A stretch of DNA of 64,000 nucleotides from assembly GCF_009914755.1 (NCBI RefSeq), contig NC_060925.1; one strand, given 5' to 3'. A model generated the notes under the pieces. The model saw only the letters and a list, made by a program, of their open reading frames with translations. It did not search any database and was not told the origin of the DNA. The stretch's first letter is position 1; each line of letters begins with the position of its first letter. The stretch is from the human T2T-CHM13v2.0 reference genome, Homo sapiens. This document shows positions 1 through 13,549 of the stretch, in pieces. Made by a program: the position numbers and the translations under genes.

Positions 1-832
1 GTACTGGCAGGCTCAACACCACATGGAAGCTGCCAAGGCTTGAAGCTTGCACCCTCTGAAGCCACTGCCCAAGCTTTACATTGGTCCCTTTCAGCCATGG
101 CTGGAGTGGCTGGGATGCAGAACACCAAGTCCCTAGGCTGCACACAGCACAGAGACCCTGGGCCTGTCCCACAAAACCACTTTTTCCTCCTAGGCCTCTG
201 GGTCTGTGATGGGAGGGGCTTCCATGAAGACCTCTGACATGCTCTGGAGACATTTTCTCCTTTGTCTTGGGATTAACATTTAGCTCCTCATCACTTACAC
301 AAATTTCTGCAGCCAGCTTGGATTTCTCCTCAGAAAATGGGATTTTCTTTTCTATTGCATTGTCGGGCTGCAAATTTTTCAAACTTTTATGCTCTGTTTC
401 CCTTTTAAAATTGAATGCCTTTAACAGCACCCAAGTCACCTCTTGAATGCTTTGCTGCTTAGAAATTTCTCCTGCCAGATACCCTAAATCATCTCTCTCA
501 AGTTCAAAGTTCCACAAATCTCTAGGGCATGGGCAAAATGCTGCCAGTCTTTTTGCTAAAACATAGCAAGAGTCACCTTTACTCCAGTTCCCAACAAGTT
601 CCTCATCTCCATCTGAGACCATTTCAGCCTGAATTTCGTTGTTCATATTACTACCAGCATTTTGGTCAAAGCCATTCAACAAGTCTCTAGGAAGTTTGAC
701 TTTCCCACATTTCCTGTCTTCTTTTGGGCCCTCCAAACTGTTACAACCTCTGCCTGTTGCCCAGTTCCAAAGTCATTTCCACATTTTCAGGTATCTTTTC
801 AGCAGTACCCCACTTTACTGGTACCAATTTAC
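1..832 (-). mobile_element. THE1-int (MaLR internal sequence), truncated by the window edge
   Basis: Typical THE1/MST internal sequence (aaatctctagggca, cagcagtaccccact...ggtaccaatttac) directly abutting a THE1 LTR. Confidence 0.85.
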
Positions 833-1481
<649 letters not shown>

Positions 1482-2619
1482 AGGAATTACATTTCAACAT
1501 GAGATTTTGAGAAGTCAAACATCCAAACCATGCCAAGTACTTATAGCCCTAAAGCAGAGCTCCACAGCTGACAGTACTCTTATGTTCTAAAGAGGAGCTT
1601 CTAATGACATCCCATGCTATTGACTAAAAAGTAGCCTCACTCACCCTTCAGCGCTTCATGATCCTCATGCACCCTCATCAGCTGAAGTCTAGAGTTCATT
1701 AAGGAGATGACAGGGGAGTAGATGGAGATCCAGTGAGGGGCCCTGGGCATTGTACCTCCCTTCCTGACCCAGCTAGGGGAAGACAGGACTCCTAGATAAT
1801 CGCTTAGAGAATAGAAGACTCCTTCACCACTAGGGAAAATTTGCTAGCTCAGGAATTCACAGGCCCCCCCAGTGGCTCTGAATTGGCCCCTCAGCAGAGC
1901 TGTGTGAGAGAGCATTTAGGAGATCTCAAAACCAGTGCCTTGGAGTTTGGGGATGTTAGAAGGGAGCACCTCCTCCTCAGTCCTGTCATTTCCCCCCATG
2001 TGGAAGGAATCCATTTGCACAATACTTCTGGCTTCTCTCTGCTCTCCCTCCTCCCTCAATCCCCCAAGAAGGAGCAGCTACTTAGCTCCCTGGTGAGTCT
2101 AGAAGGAGAGCATGGGTAGGCATAGGGACCAGGCCCTTTGTCTTTCTTTTCATGGCCTGGAGCAGTCCACAGGAGCTTATGTATTCCTCTGCCCTAAGTT
2201 TTAAAAGGACATGCCTCTACAGAGAGGTGCCTGTGGTTTTAGGTATGTAACTCCAGCCGCAATATCTAGTAAACAAGGTTTCAAACCTTGAGAGATAGAA
2301 TAGAGACATATTCAGGGAATCAGAAAGCACAATAAGGATGAGAGTTCCTACCACAACCCAAGCAGATGGCTTTACACTTTGGTGGTGCTTGCCTGGGTTT
2401 TTACCATGGCTCTTTAAAGCAATTTATTTGGAGCCATCATTTTGCTGGGAGCTGAGTTGGCTTTTGGCTACTGAACCTGGAAGAGGAGCTCTAAGTTAGA
2501 CTGCAGTGTTTTGTGGCAGGTAGCTAAAACTTGGACAAGGCTTTGTCCCAGAGCTATAGGGCTGGAAATGTACATACTGACCATTAAGTAATGCTGAGCT
2601 GGTGTGCTGGACTCTTCTT

Positions 2620-3117
2620 GTTTGAGTTGCCATAGCCATGGCTGCTGCTTGTGGTTTTAGACTTAAGATGCTGTATCTGCCAGTCAGGGTTAACAATTCC
2701 TCCTGGCATGTGGGGGTATGACATAAAAACACCTCTCTCATGCAAACTGTGCACCTCACACTTTCACTCTGGGGCTCCCCTACCAGGCTGAGATGCAAAT
2801 GTGCAAGGAAGTTGACCTTGAAAATGAAATATTGGAGCCAGTGGATAAAATCTTCTCCCTTTCTCCTCCCCGCTTCCCTACTCCCACAAATGCTGTTCAG
2901 AGATGCAAAAGCTTCATATGAGGACATCCTGGGAGATCAAGCAATCGACTTGTTGCAAAGCTTTGGCCAAGTTGGGAACACACACCCTTATATGTGTTCT
3001 CCTTCATTCCTAGCCTCTCTCCCATTCTCTCTCATCCCTGTTTCCCGGGATTAGACTCACCCATCAAGCACATGGCCTCTGCTTCAAGCTATTTTCTAGG
3101 GAACCAGAATTAAGACA
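2620..3117 (+). mobile_element. LTR16/LTR33-like ERVL LTR
   Basis: 3' terminus ...ttttctagggaaccagaattaagaca and internal gagccagtggataaa motif; left boundary approximate. Confidence 0.6.
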
Positions 3118-4179
3118 GTAGGTTCCATAGGCCTCAAGCCACAGAGACTTTCAGCCAAATGGCTGTCACTTGAGGCCTGGCAGTCAGATGCCAGACATGC
3201 AGCCTCAGCAAGGGTGGCAGTCAAAGGCTTTGGCACTTGGGAGGGCATAGTGAGGGCCTCAGCAAAGCCAGGAGCCTTGAAAAGGCACCCACTTTTCCTT
3301 GAACTGACATAGCTTTCTTGAGCAGTTGTAGCTGTAGCAAAGACTCAACCATAAAAATCACTTTTTTCGTTAAATCCACGGACATAGTGGGAGCCAGAGC
3401 AATATTCTTTACTTCAGTGCAAGGCAGCTGAGTTCTATGTGTGCCACATGGCTTTTCATGCTTCCAAGTGTCAGGGCCTTTCCCAGATAGACAGGGCGGG
3501 GTCTGCTGCCCCAACCATAGCTGAGCCTCTCAACAAGGAAACCAGACACCTGAGACAGGAGCCTGTACTGCAGAGCACAAGGCCAAGGCATTTGTCTTCA
3601 CAACCGATAGACAACTAGTGTCAAGGTGGAACAAGGAAAACATATTCCCACCAAAGACGCTTTCTTCAGCCAAGTTGAAAGTCAAGAGGGGACAGCAGCA
3701 AGGGTAGGCTCAGGATTAAAGAAAAACAAAATCTGCTCACAGTCTATTCTGGAGGTCACATAACCAAATGAAGCTCATACCCAATGCAGCTCTGAGAAGG
3801 TAGAAGCACCAGGCTGAAATGAGGAAATCAAAAATTTCTCACTGGGAAAGAACCATACCCCCACCATCCCAGAATGATAACTTCACAGTGGCAGAACAAA
3901 TTCCACCACGAGTTGAAGTTAAAGGTCATAGTCTCCAGACAAATGTTAGTAGATCAATGTCTTTCTGGTGAGACTAATATTAAAAAGAGATTTTCTGTTG
4001 ACCCTCCATGATTCAGACCCAGGTCTCTTTGGCAGCGCTAAGGATTGAGTTCTTTGAACTTGATTTTATTGAGATAACTGTTTTAGGAGCTTCGAATTAG
4101 GTTGTTTTCTAAAGTCAGGGGGTCTATGGTCAGTGCTGACATGGTCTGTGTGACCTATTAAATCTCTAGAATATTTTAA

Positions 4180-5215
4180 ATAGTAAGACACAATACCTAT
4201 TGGTTAAACTTGGGATAATTTGAGCATAAAAAGAATTTGATTTTACTTAATATAGTTAAAAAATAACTAAAATTAAAAAAAATTAAATATTGGTAGTAAC
4301 CAGCTATAATACATTAAAATTTAAAATAATTTATGAAATAATTATTCTCAAAACAAAGGAGCAGGGGAAATCTCCTTTTCACAGAAGACAACAGATGACC
4401 AATATAGAATGAATGCTGATGTTGGAAAATCATCACTCTGCAATCCCATAGTAATAATTGATCCAGGATTACCAATGGATGTTAAAACCAGAGGGTAAGA
4501 GGTTACTGGGCAACAGGAGATCCTCATGGTCTCAATGCATCATTACCCTGGTTCTAATTAATTAAAAGGGAAATGTACCTTTACAATGGAGAGCTCTGGC
4601 AGGATCACTCTTAATCAATTGATCAAATGTAGCATCACTAGGTAGTTGGAGACCTGCAGCCTGTGCTTTCTGATGTGATGCAGTGGGACATAGAATCTCA
4701 CCCGTGAAGTACTTTTGTCAAAAAAGCTTACCCAGAAACTGCAAGAGGAGAGAAACAAATCCAGAACATGGACCCTTCCGACTGAGGCTTTTCAAAACTG
4801 TTAAGTGTCCTGAAAGATGGAAACAAAAGGGCAGTGGGACTCAGGGAGACTAACGAGACCTGACAACCGTATAGGAAGCTTGACTGGATTCTGGATGTTT
4901 TCTAAGACCCACAGGATAAATTTTGGCAACAATTAGGGAAAACTGAACACGGACCAAGTATTATTGTCAAATCAATAATTCAATATTACTTTCAAAATGC
5001 TTTTGAAATACGTGAAATACCTTAAAATGGTTCATTAAAAATAAGAAAAAAAATGTGTGTGTAAGTGTGCGTGTGCAGGGAGAGGGCAAGATAAAGTAAA
5101 TGTGACCCAAAAAATGTTAACAATTGGTGAATGCAGAAAAGGGCAGGCTGGTGTTGATTGTACTAGTCTTTCTTTAAAGTTTTCTGAGATTTAGACTTGT
5201 TAAAAATAAAATATT
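4180..5215 (+). mobile_element. Old L1 (L1MC-like) 3' UTR fragment
   Basis: gggataatttgagcat, aaagggaaatgtacctttacaatggaga, aaaatgttaacaattggtgaat motifs. Confidence 0.6.
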
Positions 5216-5467
5216 GTGTGAAGGAAAATGGAGCACACGAGATACTTTGAGTTGAATTTATGGGGTCCCTAGCTCCTGATAGAACTTCACTCAGCCCTGA
5301 AAGCCATTCTCTCCCATTACAAGGGTGGAAAGAACCTCTACTTGGCCCAGGTAGTGAGGGACTCCCTGGCTAGGACAGAGCCAGACAAGACATCGAGGGC
5401 AATGACTGAAGATTTTAGCTTGAACTATTTTACTTTATTTTCCTTGGGAATTTAATCTTTGAACTGT

Positions 5468-5645
5468 AAGTTCAAACTGGATGGGCCCACCCACATTAGG
5501 GAGGGCAATCTGCTCTATTTAGTCTAATTATTCACATGTTAATCTCACCCAGAGAGACCCTCACAAAACACTCAGAATCATGTTTGATCAAATGTCTGGA
5601 CACTCTGTTGCCCAGTCAAGTTGACACATAAACTTAACCGTCACA
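5468..5645 (-). mobile_element. MLT2 (ERVL) LTR fragment
   Basis: Reverse complement starts TGTGACGGTTAAGTTTATGTGTCAACTTGACTGGGC, the MLT2 5' end. Confidence 0.8.
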
Positions 5646-5859
5646 ATCATGAAGGTGGTCTCTCAGCTCCACAACATTTTTTGGGTTATTTCAGTTGGTT
5701 CAGAACTCTGAGCTGTTACTTTTAGGTCTCATCAAAGAGAAGAGAGGCTCGGCTTCCTTCACATTTGCGGTTAAAAGAAAGCTAGTCCAAGATTATGCCC
5801 ACTTCCTCTCTGTTTTGTCTTTTGTCACTCCTCAAAGTCCACTCTCCTCTTTGATGTCT

Positions 5860-8378
5860 TGTGGCAGGCCAGATCTCACTAACACAGGCCTCTATCACAA
5901 CTGTTTTAGCACTGAGTGAGTGGTTAAGTTAAATATTAGAAGCTAGAAAAGCCAGTACCCTTACACAAAGGTTGGAATATCACAAAAATCCATCAAGAGT
6001 TTTGCCTAGGCCTTTCTTGGGCCTTAAAGCATGACAAAATAAAAAGGAATTCTTAACGGGACCCATTTAAGAGTAAACAAGTTTTATTGGGGGTCTGAAG
6101 GAACTCCCCAAACCTCTGTGATTTAGCAGGAGACAAGACAAGGGTAATCACAAGACAAGGATAATCACCCCAGCACCTGGACCCATTTAGATTAAGTAAG
6201 CTTACTAAGGCTCCCGAAGAAGGTCTTCTGGAGTTCATCTGCATCTCATTATTGGGCCACAAGAAATAGCAGCCTGACTTTCAATTTGGTCCAGGAACAA
6301 AATTTGGCAAGCCAGCCAGGAGATAAGGAAGGTGCTGCATTCAGTGGCTGGCAGCTTGTGACAAGACAGTCTCGGGGAGGATTTCGGCAGCTGTCGGGTA
6401 AGGTTTCCCCTGGGGATCCTCCCGAGGGCTGTTCCATGTGCAAATCTGCATGTCCCCTTCACTACTGGGCAATAATGAAGATCAGGAGCAGAGGTGCTCA
6501 AAGGGTGAGTTAACCAGATCATATGCCAGGAGCCTATTGTTTTCCTATCTGGGCTTGTTAAGTCATTTGTCCGGTACCACCAAGGGAAGCAATAGGGCTT
6601 ACTTATACACCAGCTTTGCATTTTGGTTGAGATCAGATTTTGAGTTGGTTTTGAGTCAGTTTTGCCTGAGTGCACTCCCCCTTGTGTTGTCCAAAATTTG
6701 TCTCCACTTATTTGTATATCTGTCTTATTCCCTTTGATATCATGTAAACTTGAAAATGGGAAGTACTGGGTTCCTTCCTGCTGAGATAAAATATACTTAT
6801 GGTAAAAAGATTATAAGGAGGCATGAGGATGTGGATTTTTGCCTAGATTAAAAGATTAAGGGATTTTTTTTAAGTTAGATAAAATAAAAATTAAGGTTGA
6901 GGCAAGTTGTAGAAGGTTGATTGTAAAGGAACTTCTGTGTGTAAACATATTGGCTAAAGTTAAAGGGGTATCATCCAGTTTTTCTGTAAATTAAGCATTA
7001 AACTAAACCACAATGGGTTTCTCTTACAGCACTAACCTGCTCTTTAACAAAAATTGTAAAGGATTATACAAAGTCTATAAAAATCTTGCCTTATGGTCAA
7101 ACATTAAAATTGGGTAAATATGTCTATAAGGTTTTATTAAGAATTGGGTTTAACATCAATAGCACACTAATGTAAAGGTAAAATTTGGCTTATTTGGTAT
7201 AAAAATCATACAGGAAGCATTGTCAAATACGAAATTGTGTTTGGCTTTCTTTGGGCTATATTTGTATAAATATGTTATTGGTATGTGTTCCAAAATTATG
7301 GGAAACTCCTGTGATTCTCAGATATTTTAGTGTTTGTTGTCAGTAATAATTATAATTGTTATGTTAAATTATTGTGTGCCACAGAGGTAACAGATTTCCT
7401 TGTCAATTATGTCTTTAACTATGGCTACTTCCTAAAGCTTTTTGTCATCCATAAACAAATGTTTTCTTGTTTTGTACCTCTTTAGAAGGTGGTTTTATAA
7501 GCAGCTATAAAACTCTAACAGGTGCTGTTGAATGCAGGTTTCTGATAACTTTGGAGATTGTGACAGCAGAAGAGAGGAAAAATGTTCAGGACTCTTGACG
7601 AGCTAAAAATGTTCATCAACATCAAGTGGGGCAGGAATTAACTGCATGAACTGAGCTAACAGGAGACAGGAGTCATCTTTTTGACTTTTTGCTCAAAATA
7701 TAACTAATCCTTTATTTTGCTTCTCAGAGTCAAATAAACTTTTCTTTTGAGCTATTGACAGCTTTTAACAATTTAGTATACTCCTTTGAACAAAATTTGA
7801 AGCATACTTGTTTCTCTCTGCCTGATTTTCTCCAGAATTTGGAAACTATCTGTGAGTATTCTTAAGTTGTGGCAATATAGTTATTTGCATAAGTGCAATA
7901 AGAATCTGTTTTTTTTGTAACAGGACACAATTAGAAAAACTGGTTATTTTTACCAAGGCTTTTACTGGGATGGTATGCTTTCCTTTAAGGAATTAAACTT
8001 GACTTATGAAGCCAATAAAGCCCTTGGGAAACAGGCCTCATATTTTGTGTACACAGTCCCTGTACAGGGTTTCTGATCTGTGGTAAGTAATGAATGTCAC
8101 TTTCTGACAGGCTGCGAACCCCAAGTTATCTTGGAACCTCAAGAGGAGAAGAATTCACCCAACTCATAGGTATTGATGGTATAAATCCATGGCTGGGCTT
8201 GGCTTTAAAAATGTCCTATATCAGATTCCTTTTATGGAACGAAGTTCCATCAAAGCCAATTTAAAAGGCCTATGTAAAAATAATTATTCTTGCTACACTT
8301 TATACAAATAATTAGGCCAAGTATAATAAAGCAAACCAGTCCTACAATAATTTTTCTTTTAATAAAAATGGGAAACTG
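5860..8378 (+). mobile_element. MER4-group ERV1 element: partial LTR plus AT-rich non-coding internal sequence
   Basis: Starts TGTGGCAGGCCAGATCTCACTAAC; internal part has MER4-group motifs (ttctccagaatttggaaactat, gttatttgcataagtgcaataagaatctgtt); no recognisable gag/pol ORF. Confidence 0.7.
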
Positions 8379-8384
8379 CTACTA

Positions 8385-8600
8385 CTTATTAAAGAATTAA
8401 TGTGTCAGATCTTATGTTAAGCTTTTTGCAAAATCATCTTACTTAGCGTGCACAACAGGCTTATGCAATACATATCCATTACTGTCCATATTTTACAGAT
8501 GAGGAAACTGAAACATAAATAAATTAGTTTAGCCTAAGGCCACACAACAGTAAGTCAGAGCTAGGACTGTGCATCCCCGGAGTCCACGCTTAGTCACTTC
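8385..8600 (-). mobile_element. MIR SINE
   Basis: Core attttacagatgaggaaactga. Confidence 0.7.
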
Positions 8601-9924
8601 ACCAAATGTCCTCAGTGAGTATCATGGGCCACAGAGTCCTATTTGGGGAGAGGCAACTGTGAAGCAGGAAAAGAGTGCACCAGACTTGGAGCCAGAAGGC
8701 CTGGCTCCTGTACAGGCCACTACCCATTGCTGTTTAGCCTCTCTGAGCTCTGGTTATCTTGTCTGTAAAACTGGAAAAGAAATAACAGCTACTTGACTGG
8801 ATTACGTATGGAAGGAGGTAAGGTTTGAGTAAACACCATACAGGTGTTCATGGAAGCAGGTGGGGAGGTGCCTGTGTTTGTTACAAAGTTTGCATTGCTT
8901 TCTGTTTGCCTTTGTTGGTCCCTCCCCCATCATTACAGTGGAGCAGCTGCTGAATTGCAAAAGCATACTTCAGAAGAAAATGATGGAAAATAACCTGGTA
9001 TTCTTTTTAATGTGAGAGGAATGGGAGGTGTGAGAATACATAAATTCAGCATTTCAGGGATTACATGGCAGAAGACATGGGAGAGTAAGGCTGAGAGGCA
9101 GGTGCCCCTCACTTGCCTTCCTTCCATCTGACCAGGCTGTGCTCTCTGTCAAGACCACTGTCACCTGGCCTCACCAAAAATAGAATGAGCTCTGCATGGG
9201 AAGGGAAGGAGGAGGAGGTGCTGTGGCCATAGCCATGAGGTAACAGGTGCATAGGGAGGGTCAGAGAATGGCACAGGAGGACCCTCCCCAGCTGGCCCAG
9301 GGACTCCAGGCCTCAGGATTTGGGGTGTGGGAGTGGTCAGGGAGGGGTGAGTTGTTTAATTTTCATGTCTTATTATTAGAGAAGACCTTGAAGGGAATCA
9401 ACTTCTTGTACTTTTCTCATGCTTGGGCCCTCCACAGCATCCCTGCTGAGACATCAGCCAGCCTATGCTGGAATGCCTCTGGGGCCAGGGAGCTCAGCAC
9501 CTCACCTGGCCTGAAATCACCGAAAGTTAGAGCTGGAAGGGACTCTTGAGACCCTCAGGCCCTGCTCATGCTCATGTTTCCTGTCACCCTTCTTGCACTC
9601 TGAAAGTGACCTCCCTGTCACTCTTACCCTTAAGGAGAGTCTTCCCCCTGTACTTATTAGCCAAACTGCCTCCTTCAGGTGTCACCTTCAATAGCTAAAC
9701 CGTGGGGCAAGGCAGTGTGGGAGCTTCTCCACTCTCCTCACTATCATTTGCAAATTCCTTCACTGAGTATGTGTTCTTATTTAGTATGAATTCATATTCA
9801 GTGCCTACAACTGAGAATTGTTGAGAAGTCATCAAGAAGACCCACCTTGCCACTATGCACATCCTCAGTTTTGCCTACAACTGAGAATTCTTATTCATAT
9901 GTATTCATATTCTGTACCTACAAC

Positions 9925-10760
9925 TGAGCCAGGTGCTTGCTGTACTAAGTACTTGGAATACACTGGTAAACAAGGCAAATAAAAAAAATTGTGCCCTCAA
10001 GGAGCCAACATTCTAGCAGGGGAAACAAACAGTGAACAGTAAACATGATAAATATGTAACTTATGTCAGAATTTAGAAGGTAGCATGTGCTGTGAAAAAG
10101 AAGAAATACAGCCAATTAGGGGGATTAGGATGCCCCAGGGAGGTTGCAACAATAAAGAGAGTGGTTGAGGAAGTCCTCACGGAGAAGGTGATCTGAACAA
10201 AGATATGAAAAGTTCCATGGCCATTTGGACAGCCTACAGGTGTCAGAGGGCGAAGTGCCCCAAGAAGAGGGCATAAAATAGGATCACACCCAACAAGTTT
10301 GGGGCTAGACAGCAGAGAGCCACGTGGAGGCAGGGGGGCCAGTTAGGAGACCACTACACGATCCAGGTGAGAGACTGTGACAGTTGAGATGAGGGTGAAG
10401 GTGGTGGGGTCAGAAGTGATGGAATACTGGGCATATCTTGAAGCTAAAGTATCCAGAATTTTCTGATGGATGAAATGAAGATTCAAGAGAAAGAAAAGAA
10501 TCAACATGATTTCAAAATATTTGGCCTGAGATTCTAGAAGGATGGCAGCTCCATCCTAAGGTGGAGAACACTGTAAGTGGAACAAGTTAGGGGAGAAGAT
10601 CAGGAGTTTGGTTTTGAGCAAGTTGCACTTGAGATATGCATTGGACATGCAGGTGGAGATGTCAAAGAGACAGTCAGCGATGGAAGGCTGGATTCAGGAG
10701 GGAGCTCTGGAGACGTACATGTCAGTCATTGGCATTGAGGATGGCATGAGAGCATAAAAT
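9925..10760 (-). mobile_element. L2 (L2a-like) LINE fragment
   Basis: tgccctcaaggag...attctagcagggga and ggagaagatcaggagtttggttttg...gtggagatgtca motifs. Confidence 0.75.
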
Positions 10761-10889
10761 GTGTGCACAGTGATGAGGTGGGCCTTCTTCACTACTTCAG
10801 AAATATGTCTTGTCTGCCAATTCAGGATGGCCAAATGAGCACATCCCTGTACTCCTCCCCCTTGCAAAATCTATGAAAATATTAGATTT

Positions 10890-11090
10890 ATCATTTATTG
10901 GTCATTGTCCTAACAGTACTACATACATTGTCTCACTCCATCTCAAAATAACTTATAAGAGAGCTGTATTGTGCCCATTTTACAGATGAAGATGCCACAG
11001 TGCTGAGATCCAGTTATCCAAGGCCACAGGATTAATACGAAGCAAGGTTTCAAACTCGGGAAGCCCACTTTTAACCACCATGTTATACTG
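10890..11090 (-). mobile_element. MIR SINE
   Basis: cccattttacagatgaaga...tccaaggccacag core. Confidence 0.6.
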
Positions 11091-12047
11091 ACGTATCACA
11101 TGTTCCAGCAAATCTAAACTTTAGCAAAAAAAATAAAACCCAAGAAAGAAAATGTCACAAGATCCATGAGAATGTAGGACTCAGGTGTGCCAGAAAAAAA
11201 TCCAAGCTGACAGCTACACAGCAGCCCCAGAAAACGACACATCCAAAAAGTCAGAGGACTCGGTGAAGATTGTGCCACTTCCACCAGAGGAAGTCACTTC
11301 CACTCCAGAAATTATAGAAGTAAGAATACAGAATAAAGATTCTAAGCAGGTCTTAGTCAATTCTAAACAATCAGATGAGCTATGTTATTCCTCAATAAAA
11401 CTTACAGCAAATAGAATGACAATTAGAAACCCAGGGAAAACAAGACAGTCTAAGAAAGTCGTGGTTCAAATTTGATGCAACTGAAGCGTGGGTAACTGTG
11501 GATAACTAATGGAGTGGAGAAAAGAGACCTTCATTCATAGAACATTCTCCTTTGAGTGCTCAAGGTTTAATTATGTAGTATTTTATTTCCTTTTCCGTGG
11601 GCCTAGTCACAGTACTTGGTTCTGCAGTGAATCGTGTTTACATCATCATAATGCCTTAAATACTGTTTAAGGGTTTTCAATTTTTAGAATCAACTTCAAG
11701 CACGGAACACATAATTATGTCTACTTCAGTATTCAAATTCTATAAACATGTGCAACCCAGAAGTGATATTATGGCTCACAGAAATCTGGAGGTGGAGAGC
11801 ACAGCAAAGTCTATGTGCACTAATTTCCTTTTTTCGTGTAGTGCAGAATCAATAGAGACTCTTTCTAATATTAATACATCAAGAAACTGAGATTTATATA
11901 CATTATTTTAAAGCATAAATCTAACCACTAAAAAATCTAGTAATGTTACAGATTAAAATGATGAAGTAAAGGGGACAGGAAGAATGAAAAGTCATATAAT
12001 GCCCTAAACTCTTCATCTTTCCTACAATGTAGGTAATAGACACCATC

Positions 12048-12486
12048 TAGTATAGTCTGGATGTGTGCTCCTGCCCAAATCTCATTTTAAAATGTAATCC
12101 CCAGTGTCGGAGGTGGGGCCCAGTGGGAGGTGATTGGATCTCTGGGGCAGATTTCTCATGAATGGTTTAGCACCATCCACCATCCCCCTTGGTAATGTCC
12201 TCACAATAGTGAGTTACTGTGAGATCTGGTTGTTTACAAGTGTGTGGCCCCTACCCCTGCACTCTCCCTCTCTCTCTTGCTCCCGCTATGACCGTGTGAT
12301 GAGGCTGCTTCCCCTTTGCCTTCAATCACGATGGTAAGTTTCCAGAGGCCTCCCCAGAAGATGAGCAGATGCCTGCATCATGCTTCCGGTGCAGCCTGTG
12401 GAACCATGAGCTGATTAAACCTCTTTTCTTTATAAATTACTCAGTCTTGGGTATGTCATTATGGCAAGGGAGAACAGACTAATACA
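12048..12486 (+). mobile_element. MSTB-like MaLR solo LTR
   Basis: cccaaatctcat...gtaatccccagtgtcggaggtggggcc...gaatggtttagcaccatcc...attaaacctcttttctttataaattac...gactaataca. Confidence 0.85.
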
Positions 12487-12741
12487 CTATCTAAAGTGGA
12501 TAAATCAAGAATTTACATGTATTATCAAGTTACTTATATTCGTGTGCTGACCAGATAACTAAAAACAGAAAATGTTTATCACAGGAGTAAACGCGAGCTA
12601 TAGGGAGGAGAAACTTTACTTTTTATTGCATGTCTGAACCAGCTGTTTGAAGTTTTAAACGTGGGTAAAGGATATGTGCTCACCTTTTTAACATTGAGCC
12701 CCATCAGAGCCTTCTTGTTGCACACTGAACTCAAGTGCAGC

Positions 12742-12774
12742 CACAGTTCTAACTAATGGCCAATAGGTGTCACT
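12742..12774 (+). promoter_or_regulatory. Candidate CTCF site
   Basis: TGGCCAATAGGTGTCACT resembles the CTCF core; preceded by cacagttct, similar to the upstream (ZF9-11) motif. Motif match only. Confidence 0.35.
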
Positions 12775-13274
12775 AGGTCCCCTGGCTGTGCCAGGCTGGA
12801 ACCAGAGTAGCCAGGAGAGCTGACTGCCCTGTCTCTTTGGGGCCCCGACAGGGAACGGGGCAAAAGGAGGCAGCAGCTGGAGGCCAGTGGCTTGCCAGCA
12901 GCAGAGCTGGCATTCGGCACACAGCTGCAGTTCTCAGGGCATGGGCAGCCCCAGATGGCATCACCACAGGGAAAATGTCCCGATGGAGGCGGTTCACAGA
13001 AGGCTGGGCCGGGCCAACCTGCATTAGGAGGGCAGAGACTGTGAGAAAGCAAAGGAAGCCAGTCATGAGAAAACAGAAACTGAAGCAGAGAGCAGTACTT
13101 GCATCAAGCGAGAGTGTCTGAGCCCACCTTCCCTAGATCCACCACGTGCCAACTTTGTGACTGCAGCAAGCTGCTTAGCCCAGGTGAACTGAGCACCTGG
13201 GAGTGGGATAATAACAGTACCCACCCCAAGCATTTCTGAAGACTAAAATATTCATAAACATTTTAGAAACTGCT

Positions 13275-13549
13275 TCTCAGTTTGGCAATTTCCTATAAAG
13301 TTAAGCATACACTTGCTGTACAACCCAGAAAATCCCCCCTAGGTTTTACCCAAATGAAATGAAAACTGAGATTTACAGAAGAACCTATACATGTACATTT
13401 TTAGCAGTTTTGTTTATAGTCACCCAAAACTGGAAACAACCCAAATATCCCTTAATAGGGAAATGGATAAACAAATTGGACAAATTCCATACAATGGAAT
13501 CCTTCTCAGCAATTAAAAAAGAGAACAAACTCCAGAAAAATAAGACAGG
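13275..13549 (+). mobile_element. Old L1 (L1MC/ME) 3' fragment, resumes at about 16132-16300 after the ERV insertion
   Basis: aactggaaacaacccaaat...ggataaacaaatt...catacaatggaat, continuing as catggatgactctcaaatgcattat on the far side of the provirus. Confidence 0.75.

Noticed and set aside
2496-3054. Overlapping 143-aa and 104-aa ORFs
   Set aside because: Largely within an LTR16-like element; no recognisable domain
6053-6737. Cluster of ORFs up to 146 aa as possible ERV gag
   Set aside because: Falls in LTR/leader sequence of a MER4-group element; no gag or pol motifs
9790-9930. Repeat-spacer pattern as a CRISPR-like array
   Set aside because: Only three 12-17 bp copies with irregular spacing, in mammalian DNA with no cas genes
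11185-11475. 96-aa ORF with ITIM-like LCYSSI as a possible receptor tail
   Set aside because: A-rich sequence in an old L1-like context, about 38 kb upstream of the leader exon and so in the wrong order; the motif is short enough to occur by chance
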